DNA from: a virus
Length of the DNA stretch: 64,000 nucleotides
Strand: one strand, 5' to 3'
IMG/VR virus record: IMGVR_UViG_3300021963_000086
Coordinates: 1 to 64,000 of that record
This document shows, one piece after another, positions 47,076 through 56,771 of the stretch. The first letter of the stretch is position 1. Each line of letters opens with the position of its first letter. The translations under genes and the position numbers were made by a program. Below the pieces are notes generated by a model, which made no database searches, had not been told where the DNA came from, and saw only the letters and a list, made by a program, of their open reading frames with translations.

Positions 47076-47829
47076 CGCATATCATCTCAGTTGGCTAGCT
47101 GAAGAACTACATAAAGCTAAGTTTATTGATGTAAGTAATAGACAGTTCTATAATTGGTATAACAGTATAAACGATGGCAATCATGATAAACCTCAACCAG
47201 AAGTTTATCTATTTGCGGCCTTTGACGAGCTAATGACTATTTGTCCAAATAACCTATTCGGAAGAGTAATTAGTTTAGTAGAAGATTATCCTACAGTAAA
47301 TTGGGTAGATGCTTTTAGTAGGTTTCAAATACGTAGTAAAATAACAGCGGCCAATACGTTGTTGGCAACAGAAGCAGAGTTTGGCGACATTTGGATAATG
47401 GGGGGTTGGGTAGGAGTGTTACCTATGCTACTAACCGAAAAGTTATATCCTAATAGGTACAATACTATCGTAAGCTACGACCTAGACAATATCGCTAATC
47501 TAGCAGGCGAAAAACTAGTAAATTCTACTCGATACAGCGCAGAATTCAAGGATATCTATGCCTTAGACTATACAAACTTTTCAGGTACTGTCGTGAATAC
47601 TATCTGCGAACATTTAGACAGGTTTGATATTTGGCAAAACCAAATCCCTTCAAACACACTAATGTTACTCCAAAGCAACAACATGTTTGGAGTAGTTGAT
47701 GATCATGTTAATTGTGTGAGCAATATGGACGACTTTGTTAGTCGTTTGGATTGTAAAGAAATTATACATAAAGAAACAAGCACCTATAACGATCAATACG
47801 AACGCTATACGGTGCTTGCTATTAAGTAA
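47062..47829 (+). CDS. SAM-dependent methyltransferase-like protein
   Basis: IMGGWVG motif I, SYDLD, VNTICEH, LQSNN. Confidence 0.6.
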   Translation: MKKFNAYHLSWLAEELHKAKFIDVSNRQFYNWYNSINDGNHDKPQPEVYLFAAFDELMTICPNNLFGRVISLVEDYPTVNWVDAFSRFQIRSKITAANTLLATEAEFGDIWIMGGWVGVLPMLLTEKLYPNRYNTIVSYDLDNIANLAGEKLVNSTRYSAEFKDIYALDYTNFSGTVVNTICEHLDRFDIWQNQIPSNTLMLLQSNNMFGVVDDHVNCVSNMDDFVSRLDCKEIIHKETSTYNDQYERYTVLAIK

Positions 47830-48640
47830 TATCAGAAGTAATGATAATGTCTTGCTCTGGATATAATGCAACTAGTTCAGCACGTAATGCCTGATCTTCT
47901 TCTTGCACATTTTCAAAACCGTTGAACTTAACTCTAGGTGCAATGCCTAGATAGTGTTGATAGAAATCTGCCTTACGGTCTTTACTTGACTGCCCGTAGT
48001 TCATGGTAGGCCAAAACTCGTCATTGATCCACGCCTCAAAAACTGATTTGTCTAATTGGAAAGGTAGTGCATTACCGTCAATACCTCTGAGTCTGCGATA
48101 AATTTCTACGCTAAAGTGCATTGGTTTTTCAGTCAGTTCTACAATGTCACCTGCTTGACCTTTAAACTTTAGTTCCGGCTCACCAATACAAAGCATAGGA
48201 TAACCAAACGGCAACATAGCCTCCATCATCTTCATGTATACAAGATATTGTGGACTTGTACAACGTGTCATTTCGGCTATTTCTAAACTATGGTTTTTTT
48301 GTTCTACCCAAAGACCCACAGGATCAAAACTAATTACTCTAGGATAATATCCATGTGTCTCGCACCACTCAACTGCATGATGTGTATCGTGCTGGTTCTT
48401 ACCTGCATAATCAAAGATTATCGGAGTAAAAGGTCTACCCATATTATGCAAAATTGTAGCAACTGCTTCGCTATCTATTCCGCCACTAAGTGCAAGAACA
48501 ATATTAAAAGGAGTAACATTGCCTAGGTATGTTTCCATAGCCGTTATCCAATTGGGACTGTTGTTTGTGCGCTCTAAATTATACTCTAGAGTAGCACCAA
48601 AATCACTTACTTTAAGATGATCTAATTCAAAGTTAATCAT
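47822..48640 (-). CDS. AsnB-like PP-loop ligase, subtype B
   Basis: LSGGIDSE, N.HD...A, PRVKFNGFE. Confidence 0.65.
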   Translation of the reverse strand: MINFELDHLKVSDFGATLEYNLERTNNSPNWITAMETYLGNVTPFNIVLALSGGIDSEAVATILHNMGRPFTPIIFDYAGKNQHDTHHAVEWCETHGYYPRVISFDPVGLWVEQKNHSLEIAEMTRCTSPQYLVYMKMMEAMLPFGYPMLCIGEPELKFKGQAGDIVELTEKPMHFSVEIYRRLRGIDGNALPFQLDKSVFEAWINDEFWPTMNYGQSSKDRKADFYQHYLGIAPRVKFNGFENVQEEDQALRAELVALYPEQDIIITSDIT

Positions 48641-49706
48641 TTATTAAATTCTCCAAGTTCACTGTTTTGTGGAATTTAAAATCGTCTGTAATAAAATTAC
48701 TAACATATTTAAACCTAACCATATCGGGTAAACTGGGGACTTTAGTTTTACTAGTGTAGTATGCGCGATTACGATCAAACTCATAAATCAGCTCTTTTGC
48801 TACCCACTTGTAACTAGCCCAGTCTTTTGCAACTTTTTTATCAGGGTTGCTTACAGACCATTGTTGCCAAAGCCCAGTATTCCAGAAATGTATTAAACTA
48901 CTATTTACCCATTCATGAGTCAGCTCAACGCCCGGACAAGCATGACTTAGGATACGGAATTCTACAGCTTGCCATTTCATAGTAAAGTTAATCCACCACA
49001 TGTAATCGTGTAAACTCTTAATCCCGTTAGGGTTTAGCTTCATAACGGGCTCCATACGGGACATCATCATTTCTGCTTCTTCCTTGCTACCTAATTTTTG
49101 TGTAAAAAACTCTAGTGCAGGATCCTTATAAGGTACGTGGACTAGATCTTTATTACCTAAGCGATCCATGGCCATACCTAAAGTTAAACTGCCAAACACG
49201 TTGTCAGCCATTTCCCCCGTAAGTACAATATGATCTTCTGTTAAGTACTTTTCAAAACTGTTACTACTAGCCATGCGGAAGCGGGTAATATATTTTTTGT
49301 AGAACTCGGGGTTCTCTGCAATACTAGCTTCGTTTAAGATTACTAAGGTACGATCAAATAAGTCTTGATTGCCTAACTGCATCAAAAGTACCATCAGTAA
49401 AGTACTGTCAATGCCTCCGCTATACATGACTACAAATTGTTTGTTAGGATTGTCTTTAACATAAGCAATTATCTCTAGCATACGCTGATTGCAAATTTCT
49501 TCAAACGTTTTATCAGTCCATAAGCTAGCAGGCATAGGAAATAAATTCTTAATCTTAACAGGCCATTTGATAGTACCAGTCCTGTCGTACAAGCTAATGC
49601 TAGGATTGAACATTCGTTTGAAAGGCTCAGTTGACTTTAACTGAGGATATTGTTCTAGATTGTCCTTGCTATAAAGGTCAATGGGATTATAATACAGCAG
49701 GCTCAT
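48633..49706 (-). CDS. AsnB synthetase-domain-like ligase, subtype A
   Basis: YSGGIDST, VLTGEMADNVFG, WW.NF. Confidence 0.75.
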   Translation of the reverse strand: MSLLYYNPIDLYSKDNLEQYPQLKSTEPFKRMFNPSISLYDRTGTIKWPVKIKNLFPMPASLWTDKTFEEICNQRMLEIIAYVKDNPNKQFVVMYSGGIDSTLLMVLLMQLGNQDLFDRTLVILNEASIAENPEFYKKYITRFRMASSNSFEKYLTEDHIVLTGEMADNVFGSLTLGMAMDRLGNKDLVHVPYKDPALEFFTQKLGSKEEAEMMMSRMEPVMKLNPNGIKSLHDYMWWINFTMKWQAVEFRILSHACPGVELTHEWVNSSLIHFWNTGLWQQWSVSNPDKKVAKDWASYKWVAKELIYEFDRNRAYYTSKTKVPSLPDMVRFKYVSNFITDDFKFHKTVNLENLIND

Positions 49707-50323
49707 AGTAATACGTTTAACCAGCTTTCTCTGTGCATACGATCTTTAATCTCTTTGATCTCTTCTAGAGAGGTACATTTACGCAAGTCACGTAAGTATT
49801 GCATACGAAGACGTTCGGTGTTAGCATAGGTATCTCTAGTTAATTCAGCTTTGAATAGAATTTGATCGGCGGCCTGAGTTAATGTACAAGATGCAAATTC
49901 TGCGTAGTCTTTTACCATTTGGCAGTCTTCAGTTGATCCATTACGAACTAATCGTGCTTGCCTTTCTTTTTCTAAGTAAACAAGATCTTGTTGATTAACA
50001 ACTGGACTAATACGTACACGAGCATAGTTAATAATACTAAGAATATCATAATACGCCCATAGTTTGTTTTGCATTAATAAACTTCTATCTTTAACTGCAT
50101 CGTTGTTGGCCTTAACAAGATTGTTTTGCATTAGGCTAGGCTTATAAGACCAATTCCACGGATGTGCTTTTAAGTCTGCAACATCTGCATCACTTAATTC
50201 GTGTACTCCGAGTACCAGCTGGCAATCGCATTCGCTCTCTACTAGCCAAAGTAAATGTTTACGTTCAGGTGTTACTGATAGTACTCTATACTCTGTGTCT
50301 ACTATTAAAGGTTGATATTTCAT
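49703..50323 (-). CDS. Partner protein with a tail-fibre-chaperone-like helical domain
   Basis: Q..VYLEKERQAR...A....T..QAADQIL.KA......E.LR......C.S.EEI. Confidence 0.55.
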   Translation of the reverse strand: MKYQPLIVDTEYRVLSVTPERKHLLWLVESECDCQLVLGVHELSDADVADLKAHPWNWSYKPSLMQNNLVKANNDAVKDRSLLMQNKLWAYYDILSIINYARVRISPVVNQQDLVYLEKERQARLVRNGSTEDCQMVKDYAEFASCTLTQAADQILFKAELTRDTYANTERLRMQYLRDLRKCTSLEEIKEIKDRMHRESWLNVLL

Positions 50324-51099
50324 TTTAGAAAAGGTTTAAAAATTTTACAAGGATCAAATTCCCACCACTTGCCACTTACACCTGTTCCAAAGTCAAACGA
50401 ACGAGGTGCTTGATGATGATTGTTATGCCATCCTTGCCCCCACGCAAAGTAACCTAGTAAAGGAACATTTTGACTCCAATCTTTAGTTTCAAAGTTTCTA
50501 TAACCTGCAGGTGTAGCCCAGTGCCCATACAAGTCTACTAGGTTTTCTTGATGCTGTGCCCAGGTCATGGACATAATAAAACCGTACAAGGCCAACTTCC
50601 AACTAAGCAATGCAACGACTACTAATGTACCCCAAATAATTTTATCATAATGTTTGTGACAGAACACTTGAAATTGATCTCGCAGTAGGTCAACAGAATA
50701 TTTCATATTAACATCAGATGGTTTAAGTTTAGTCATCCATCCCATATAGGCATTCCACTTACCGTGATAGGGACTATGAAAGTCTTTTTCTGTATCAGCA
50801 TGTGGATGATGATAACCTCTGTGCATTGCACACCAAAAGATAGCACTACCTTGGCAACCAAACATACCTAGTACAGTAAGTATCTTTTGTTTCCATAACG
50901 GAACTTCTAATGCTTTGTGACTTAGAACTCTATGATAGCCTATTGCTACACCTAAGCCACTGAACAAAGTCCAACAGATTAGTGTAGCCCATAACCATAC
51001 ATAGTCTCCTAAGCTGATCATTGTTATTAGTGCAACAACAAACAACACATGAACAGGTATGGTAATACGTTGTACGTGTTGCGGAATATTTTTAATCAT
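50320..51099 (-). CDS. Membrane fatty-acyl (delta9-type) desaturase
   Basis: His boxes HRVLSH, HRGYHH, WHNNHH; D.HSP; TM segments. Confidence 0.92.
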   Translation of the reverse strand: MIKNIPQHVQRITIPVHVLFVVALITMISLGDYVWLWATLICWTLFSGLGVAIGYHRVLSHKALEVPLWKQKILTVLGMFGCQGSAIFWCAMHRGYHHPHADTEKDFHSPYHGKWNAYMGWMTKLKPSDVNMKYSVDLLRDQFQVFCHKHYDKIIWGTLVVVALLSWKLALYGFIMSMTWAQHQENLVDLYGHWATPAGYRNFETKDWSQNVPLLGYFAWGQGWHNNHHQAPRSFDFGTGVSGKWWEFDPCKIFKPFLK

Positions 51100-51715
51100 T
51101 CTTATATCCAGGTTTATATAATTGTTTTAAAACACTAACATCTGGTCTGTGTTCTTGACGCAAAATATGATGACGAATCACCATATCAGTAGGCCATAAT
51201 GTGCTTTTCATCATTACAACCCAAAATTCATCGTATGCTGGTCTTTTTAACGCAGGCACTACATGGTCAAAGTTAATGTCATACCGCTTGCGCTCAGGGA
51301 CTAGCTTACCCCAAATTCTTTCATGTGCTTTTATGTACTGAGTAGGGATACTGCTATAATACTCAAATAGGTATTTACTCTCAGCAAAGTTAATAGCATG
51401 ACTCATTAAGTCAGCAATACCCTTCATTGGCACACTCGACGAAACACCTGCATCGCTTACAACTTTTTGTAAGTACCATACAGGACGCATAGTACTTAAC
51501 TGTATGTTCAGATAACTAATTAAGTTTCCGTTATCAAAATATCCCCAGCAAAGATATGTTGGATTGCTTTCTTCCAAATACAAATGACTAAAGTTGCTTT
51601 CGCTCCAAAAATGATCAGCGCCGGCCTGACTCGTAGTTACACCTGCGTGTTTATCATGACTGATAGTGATACGCTTTAGGTCTTCTTTATATTCTTTGCC
51701 TAGTAATTTAATCAT
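51092..51715 (-). CDS. Hypothetical protein, possible divergent GNAT fold
   Basis: WGYFDNGNLISY...WYLQKV...GIADLMSHAI pattern; no clear motif A. Confidence 0.45.
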   Translation of the reverse strand: MIKLLGKEYKEDLKRITISHDKHAGVTTSQAGADHFWSESNFSHLYLEESNPTYLCWGYFDNGNLISYLNIQLSTMRPVWYLQKVVSDAGVSSSVPMKGIADLMSHAINFAESKYLFEYYSSIPTQYIKAHERIWGKLVPERKRYDINFDHVVPALKRPAYDEFWVVMMKSTLWPTDMVIRHHILRQEHRPDVSVLKQLYKPGYKND

Positions 51716-52646
51716 GTCTAAGTCTTTTAATCAATTCTGAATATTCTGTTTTTAGTATAACATCATGTTGTACGTCATTACAGTCACCTAAGTCTAGATA
51801 AACTTTGTTGTTTAAGTGCATTACGTTTTCATAACCGTGGTATTTTGGTCGTGCTTCAAAATTAAAATACTTTGCATAAACATTTGGCTTAGTACTTAAT
51901 AATCCGTATTTGTAGTCTATGCGATCGTTTACTAAATCTTGTACTAACGGGTCAATTAAGTAACTTAACATCAGCTCTGGAGTATAACTAAAGAACTCGC
52001 TAATAACTGTTTTGTTTGTTTTTAGCGAATATTTAAAATAACTCATATCGTTATCTTCTCTAACATAGTGATACCATTTATAATTGTAGGTAGAACTATT
52101 AGTTGCATAAAACTCTTTTATGTCTACTTCTCGACTCATGAAAATCTCACCGCCTAAAATGTAAATGTCATCTTTAGGCAATGTGTCAAGTGCTTTCATG
52201 ATGATCATCATTGCTAGTTGTTTGACTTGATACTCTCGATGGTAATAAAAATGTAGACCTTTGGCTACGAAGTCGGCCGGATCTATATAAAGAATTTGAT
52301 ATGGTATTTTATTAGCTTGACAGTATCGGTGTGCGTATTGTGTATCATGTTGGTTGACTCCCATGTCAACAATAATACAATCAAAAGGAATACCTGCACG
52401 TTGAAAAGCCATGACAACGATTTCGCTGTCAATGCCGCCGCTGTATAGTATACGTATTCTTTGTCCTGGTCTAGTCTTACTGAAAATTAGTCTAGCCGCA
52501 CGTTCACACTCGAAATCCCATGATCCTATCGGACCTGCACACCTACCCACTTTAAAGGAAAATATGTCGTTAGAAGATTTCCTATATGTAAAAGGTTGAC
52601 CGTTATATAAAAATTGATAGTGGTTTTTGTAAGTGAGTTCTGTCAT
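51708..52646 (-). CDS. AsnB-like PP-loop ligase, subtype B
   Basis: YSGGIDSE, N.HD..YA, FF.YTPEL, RPKYHGYE; start MTELTY 8 nt after TAAATA (52655-52660). Confidence 0.7.
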   Translation of the reverse strand: MTELTYKNHYQFLYNGQPFTYRKSSNDIFSFKVGRCAGPIGSWDFECERAARLIFSKTRPGQRIRILYSGGIDSEIVVMAFQRAGIPFDCIIVDMGVNQHDTQYAHRYCQANKIPYQILYIDPADFVAKGLHFYYHREYQVKQLAMMIIMKALDTLPKDDIYILGGEIFMSREVDIKEFYATNSSTYNYKWYHYVREDNDMSYFKYSLKTNKTVISEFFSYTPELMLSYLIDPLVQDLVNDRIDYKYGLLSTKPNVYAKYFNFEARPKYHGYENVMHLNNKVYLDLGDCNDVQHDVILKTEYSELIKRLRHD

Positions 52647-52657
52647 TATGTAGGTAT

Positions 52658-53116
52658 TTATTTCAGCTTCATACTGGCATAACAATTAGGACCAAACTCC
52701 ATGTCCTTGTCAAACCAATCTGATGTTTGTATAAATCCTACACTTTGATAAGCTGGCAAGGCAGATTGCCTTGGTACTGTCCATATATGGCTAGCATTCC
52801 AATCCTTTGCTTGAAAGATAGAATTTTCTAGCACGATTCTTGCATAACCTTTATTACGGTATAATGGATCTACCCATAGGCCTCGACTTCTAGCAGAACC
52901 ATCTGCACACATAACAACGCTATTAATTGCAACTATATCATTGTTATTACGTATAGAAAAGAAAGCAGGTACGAACTGCTGGTTTTGCATATCGTACCCG
53001 CCAAGATAACGCATTGCACTAGTAGGTTCAATCTTTGACTTGCGTCCTGGCCAAAGTTTGTCTTGCCATACACGGAATGTTTCTTCCCATGTAGCAGGTC
53101 CTACTAGTAAGTTCAT
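52658..53116 (-). CDS. GNAT family acyltransferase
   Basis: RGLWVDPLYRNKGYA; A...YQSVGF. Confidence 0.85.
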   Translation of the reverse strand: MNLLVGPATWEETFRVWQDKLWPGRKSKIEPTSAMRYLGGYDMQNQQFVPAFFSIRNNNDIVAINSVVMCADGSARSRGLWVDPLYRNKGYARIVLENSIFQAKDWNASHIWTVPRQSALPAYQSVGFIQTSDWFDKDMEFGPNCYASMKLK

Positions 53117-53994
53117 AGATCCAATTTAGACTTAAACTCTGTTAGTTCACGTTTGCTTAGGCCAAATACCTTTGCTACGTTTTCTTCACTACGTTGGTCA
53201 TTTACTAAATCATTCCATTTGTTTGCACTAATTAGTCGCTTAACAAGATCAATTTCCATACGACTTAAACGCATACAGTTTTGTTGATAGTCTTCGAATG
53301 CCTGACATACTTCCGGGAATAAAGGCTTTGCCAATTCATACATAGCATTAGCGTACTCTTGGATTTCCCATTGGGCATGGCTATCGGCACGTAGTCGAAT
53401 CATGTGGAGGAAGTTTTTGAGGTTTGCTTTCCAGTAGAGTTCTGTATAGCCGCCCACTGGGAGTACGCTTCTGGACAGTTCGCGAGTAAGGCCAGTCCCA
53501 TCCTTTCCCAAAAGCTCGGTGTATTCTTTATAAGCATTGAAAAAGCTTCGTTGGAATGCGTGTTGCACTCCTCTACGTTCTTCGAATCCCCAGTCATTAT
53601 CCTCTCTCCCTTGTTTATTAGTAGAACTTTGCTGTTGAATTTGTTCTAGTTCGGGAATATAAAATTCATCTGTCATAACAGAGTAACGAGCAGAGTATTC
53701 GTTCATACTAGCAGTACGATGACGGACTAACTGACGCATAACAAAGATAGGTAACTTAATGTGAAACTTTACTTCACACATTTCAATAGGAGTAGTATGT
53801 TCGTGGCGTACTAGGTAACGTATTAGATTGCGGTCATCTTGTACTTGTTTAGTACCTGCACCGTAACTAACACGAGCGGCCTGCACAACCGCCGCATCAC
53901 TACCCATATGATCAATGAGTCCAACGAACCCGTGATCTAATACAGGAACATAGTTCTTATCTTGTTCAAAATTAATTTCACTTCTTTTTGTCAT
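53113..53994 (-). CDS. thyX: FAD-dependent thymidylate synthase
   Basis: AARVSY, RHRTASMNEYSARY signature, LR.DSHAQWEI. Confidence 0.97.
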   Translation of the reverse strand: MTKRSEINFEQDKNYVPVLDHGFVGLIDHMGSDAAVVQAARVSYGAGTKQVQDDRNLIRYLVRHEHTTPIEMCEVKFHIKLPIFVMRQLVRHRTASMNEYSARYSVMTDEFYIPELEQIQQQSSTNKQGREDNDWGFEERRGVQHAFQRSFFNAYKEYTELLGKDGTGLTRELSRSVLPVGGYTELYWKANLKNFLHMIRLRADSHAQWEIQEYANAMYELAKPLFPEVCQAFEDYQQNCMRLSRMEIDLVKRLISANKWNDLVNDQRSEENVAKVFGLSKRELTEFKSKLDL

Positions 53995-54313
53995 TACGTT
54001 TGCCTTTTGTGGGTGTGTCGTTTAAGTGTTTTTCTAATAGGGCCGATACAAATCCTGCAACGTTTTCTTTTAGCTTTTTACTGTCCATAGTAATCTGTAC
54101 GTCTGCAATCATTTTAGAATATTCTTCTAGCCCTTTACGTGCTAAAAGATTTTTAACATTGTCCATGTCTGTTATTTCTGTTGCTTCAAAAGTCAACGTT
54201 CTACCGTCGTGTAGCACTACTGTAATTTCGGAGATGTACTGCACAGGGACTTCGTTCATAATAACATCATTAAGGATGTCGTCGAAGCTACGATCTTTTT
54301 TTCTTATTGGCAT
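53978..54313 (-). CDS. Hypothetical protein
   Basis: 111-aa ORF overlapping the thyX start. Confidence 0.7.
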   Translation of the reverse strand: MPIRKKDRSFDDILNDVIMNEVPVQYISEITVVLHDGRTLTFEATEITDMDNVKNLLARKGLEEYSKMIADVQITMDSKKLKENVAGFVSALLEKHLNDTPTKGKRNDKKK

Positions 54314-54457
54314 GATTTTATCTTTATGTTATATCGAAGATCTTTTCGTACAAGTACTTAGTACAATTGGTAACCATAACTTCATATTATCTGATGTGAC
54401 AAAAAATGACAGCAACATCGTCACTGTCATTATATTTTAACTTCTTATAAAATTTTG

Positions 54458-54997
54458 TCAAGCATCAGCATCTACTAAAGTGTCCTTACGTGGACGACCA
54501 ACTGGACGTTTGGTAGGATCTAATTCTTCTGCTTGTTTGCGAAGATCTCTAGCTTGCAAATCGTATATATCGGCTTGACGACGTAAGTCTGCCGCTAATG
54601 CTTTGTTGTCCATTGTGTCACCGCTACTAACAGGCTCATCGCCATTCATTGCGGCTAGTTGATTGTTTAGATCTTCTAATGAAATTTCCATTCCAGGACC
54701 TGGACGCATTATGATTTTCTTTGTAGGGAACTTACGTAGTAATCCCTTGTCATGTAAACCTTGTAACATAGGCTCGCCAGTTGACAAAAACTGTCTGCTA
54801 GCATAATCAAAGAAATCAATAGTTTCTTGTGCAGTTACCGTTTCAACAGCATTCATCAAATCGGTATGATAGCGATCAGGAAGGCTGTCACTTTCTACTA
54901 CAAGACAACTAGTGGGTTCGTTTGGAACCTGTCTAAAAATAACTAAAACTCTGTGGCCGGTATCTTTGTGAACACCGACGTGTCTGAGGAATGCCAT
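54458..54997 (-). CDS. Hypothetical protein with C-terminal coiled coil and GRPRK AT-hook-like motif
   Basis: Start MAFLRHVG after AGGAG RBS. Confidence 0.75.
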   Translation of the reverse strand: MAFLRHVGVHKDTGHRVLVIFRQVPNEPTSCLVVESDSLPDRYHTDLMNAVETVTAQETIDFFDYASRQFLSTGEPMLQGLHDKGLLRKFPTKKIIMRPGPGMEISLEDLNNQLAAMNGDEPVSSGDTMDNKALAADLRRQADIYDLQARDLRKQAEELDPTKRPVGRPRKDTLVDADA

Positions 54998-55007
54998 AAG
55001 TATCTCC

Positions 55008-55247
55008 TTATTGGACAACTGCGTCAGCTGGTTTTTCTTCTGCTGTTGTCTCTGGTGCTACGCCTTCTGCGGCTTTAGCTTCGGCTTCTTGCTTTGCTTG
55101 TTGCTCTGCTACTGCCTGGATAAAACCTGTGATTTTATCATAAATTGTACCTACAGCCTTTGCTTCATTGGCCTTAAATGCGCCACGTTGTGTGGCAAGG
55201 TCAATTACGCTAGCGGCTAATTGTAGATCTTGAACATTGAGTTCCAT
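55008..55247 (-). CDS. Hypothetical conserved phage protein
   Basis: L.VQDL....ID.A.QRGAFKA.E; AGGAG RBS. Confidence 0.75.
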   Translation of the reverse strand: MELNVQDLQLAASVIDLATQRGAFKANEAKAVGTIYDKITGFIQAVAEQQAKQEAEAKAAEGVAPETTAEEKPADAVVQ

Positions 55248-55272
55248 GTGTTGTCTCCTATTAAAACATGAG

Positions 55273-55503
55273 TTAATGTGTATTTTTATTTAGTCCAGTG
55301 GCCTTTTGTATCCTATCTGCCCATGCACTTAATTCAAATAAAAATGAATCCTCGGCAGAATCTAGCTCGATCTGCACACTCGTTGAAGATTCCAAAATGC
55401 GAAAAGGCCCTGTGGCATTCAGGGCCAGGTAGTCTTTGACTACCCAACTAACTTTATCTAGCTCTTCTGAGTTTGTAACAGGTATTTCATACCTATATGC
55501 CAT
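55273..55503 (-). CDS. Hypothetical protein
   Basis: TAATG coupling to the VWA gene. Confidence 0.6.
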   Translation of the reverse strand: MAYRYEIPVTNSEELDKVSWVVKDYLALNATGPFRILESSTSVQIELDSAEDSFLFELSAWADRIQKATGLNKNTH

Positions 55504-56747
55504 TATGTTTTGTGATCATAAAACGCCGTTACTCCGAACGGTGCTTCAATGTCCTCGCTAGAATTAATAATCCAAAGTGTATCACAGTAATTCTCATCAC
55601 CCCAACCACCGCATGGATATCCGTCAGTAAACACTACCAATTGTTTAGGAGTAATATCTTGTTCTTTCATGTACTCCCAGTTAACCTCAAAATCGGTACC
55701 ACCACCGCCACCTGGTTCGTAGTCTAAGATATCTCCTGAACCATCGCTAGTAAATTCTTCCTCTGCATGAATGCTGGTATCAAAGCACCAAACTTTAATA
55801 GTCCAGCTGTCATAATTGTCCATGATACCTTTTACTTCACTAAGGAAATCACGAATCATTTCTTCGCTGATTGATCCTGACGTATCGATAGCAACACAAA
55901 TATCTACATTTTCTGCTGGCAACATACCGGGCAATACAGCACCAGTATGCCAACTCTTACGACTAGGACGACTAAAAGAGTAATCATTTTTAAGAGAACT
56001 CTCTAGTTGGATACGTAGCAGATCCTTCCAGTTCATCTTAGGTTGAGTGAACTGTTTGATTAGACGAGCTACTGCGGCAGGAGTCTTTCCAGCACCTGCG
56101 GCTTGTGCGGCTTGCAGTACAGCATTTTTAATTTCGTCTTGCAGAGCCTTACGTTCTTCTTCGCTGAGTTTCTTACCAATAGCGCCATCTTCGCTTTCGC
56201 CCTTACCTTCGCCGTCCTCACCTTCACCAGTCAAGTCCAAATGTACGTCCAGGGGAAGTTTGATAGTAACAGCATTCTTCATTAGACTGTCGTAGACCTC
56301 ATCAGTAGTCATGTCCTTGTATTTGTTGTCAAGGAGAATGTCTACTTGGCGAATAACTTGTCCGATACGATCACGTTCGAGAATTAGATTAATAACATAG
56401 TCACCTGCCATGTTCCATACATCAGGTCGGCGTTCGCCTCGACGTACCATGTGTTCAAAAACACAATGCATCACTTCGTGTGCAATAAGGAACATTAGTT
56501 CGTCATCATTGAGCTGGTTGACAAAGTTGACGTTAAGGAACATATTGCGGCCGTCAACCGCCGCTGTAGGAATACGGTCGGTAGCATCAACGATACGAAG
56601 ACGAGTGGCAAGGTTGCCAAAGAAAGGATGCTGAAGCAACAAACGGACACGCACCTTGATGACACGCTCCTTAACTTTAGCAAACGCCTGAGGGTTAAGG
56701 GGTGCAATGGTGTTTTTTGGGTTTTTAGTTGCTGTTGCAGTAGTCAT
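55503..56747 (-). CDS. HExxH metallopeptidase-like plus VWA domain protein (DUF2201-like)
   Basis: AHEVMH, WN.A.D..IN, DTSGS MIDAS, GGGGTDF, FTDG. Confidence 0.9.
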   Translation of the reverse strand: MTTATATKNPKNTIAPLNPQAFAKVKERVIKVRVRLLLQHPFFGNLATRLRIVDATDRIPTAAVDGRNMFLNVNFVNQLNDDELMFLIAHEVMHCVFEHMVRRGERRPDVWNMAGDYVINLILERDRIGQVIRQVDILLDNKYKDMTTDEVYDSLMKNAVTIKLPLDVHLDLTGEGEDGEGKGESEDGAIGKKLSEEERKALQDEIKNAVLQAAQAAGAGKTPAAVARLIKQFTQPKMNWKDLLRIQLESSLKNDYSFSRPSRKSWHTGAVLPGMLPAENVDICVAIDTSGSISEEMIRDFLSEVKGIMDNYDSWTIKVWCFDTSIHAEEEFTSDGSGDILDYEPGGGGGTDFEVNWEYMKEQDITPKQLVVFTDGYPCGGWGDENYCDTLWIINSSEDIEAPFGVTAFYDHKT

Positions 56748-56771
56748 TATTTGCTCCTATGTAATAACTAT

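Noticed and set aside
2803-52685. Calling the SGGxDS proteins QueC, NAD synthetase, TilS or true asparagine synthetase
   Set aside because: No QueC C-terminal Cys cluster or queD/queE/folE neighbours, no NadE or TilS motifs, and no N-terminal glutaminase domain.
54406-54430. Hairpin ATGACAG/CTGTCAT in a 144-nt gap, as a possible sRNA
   Set aside because: A single 7-bp stem followed by a T-run on the - strand is adequately explained as a terminator.
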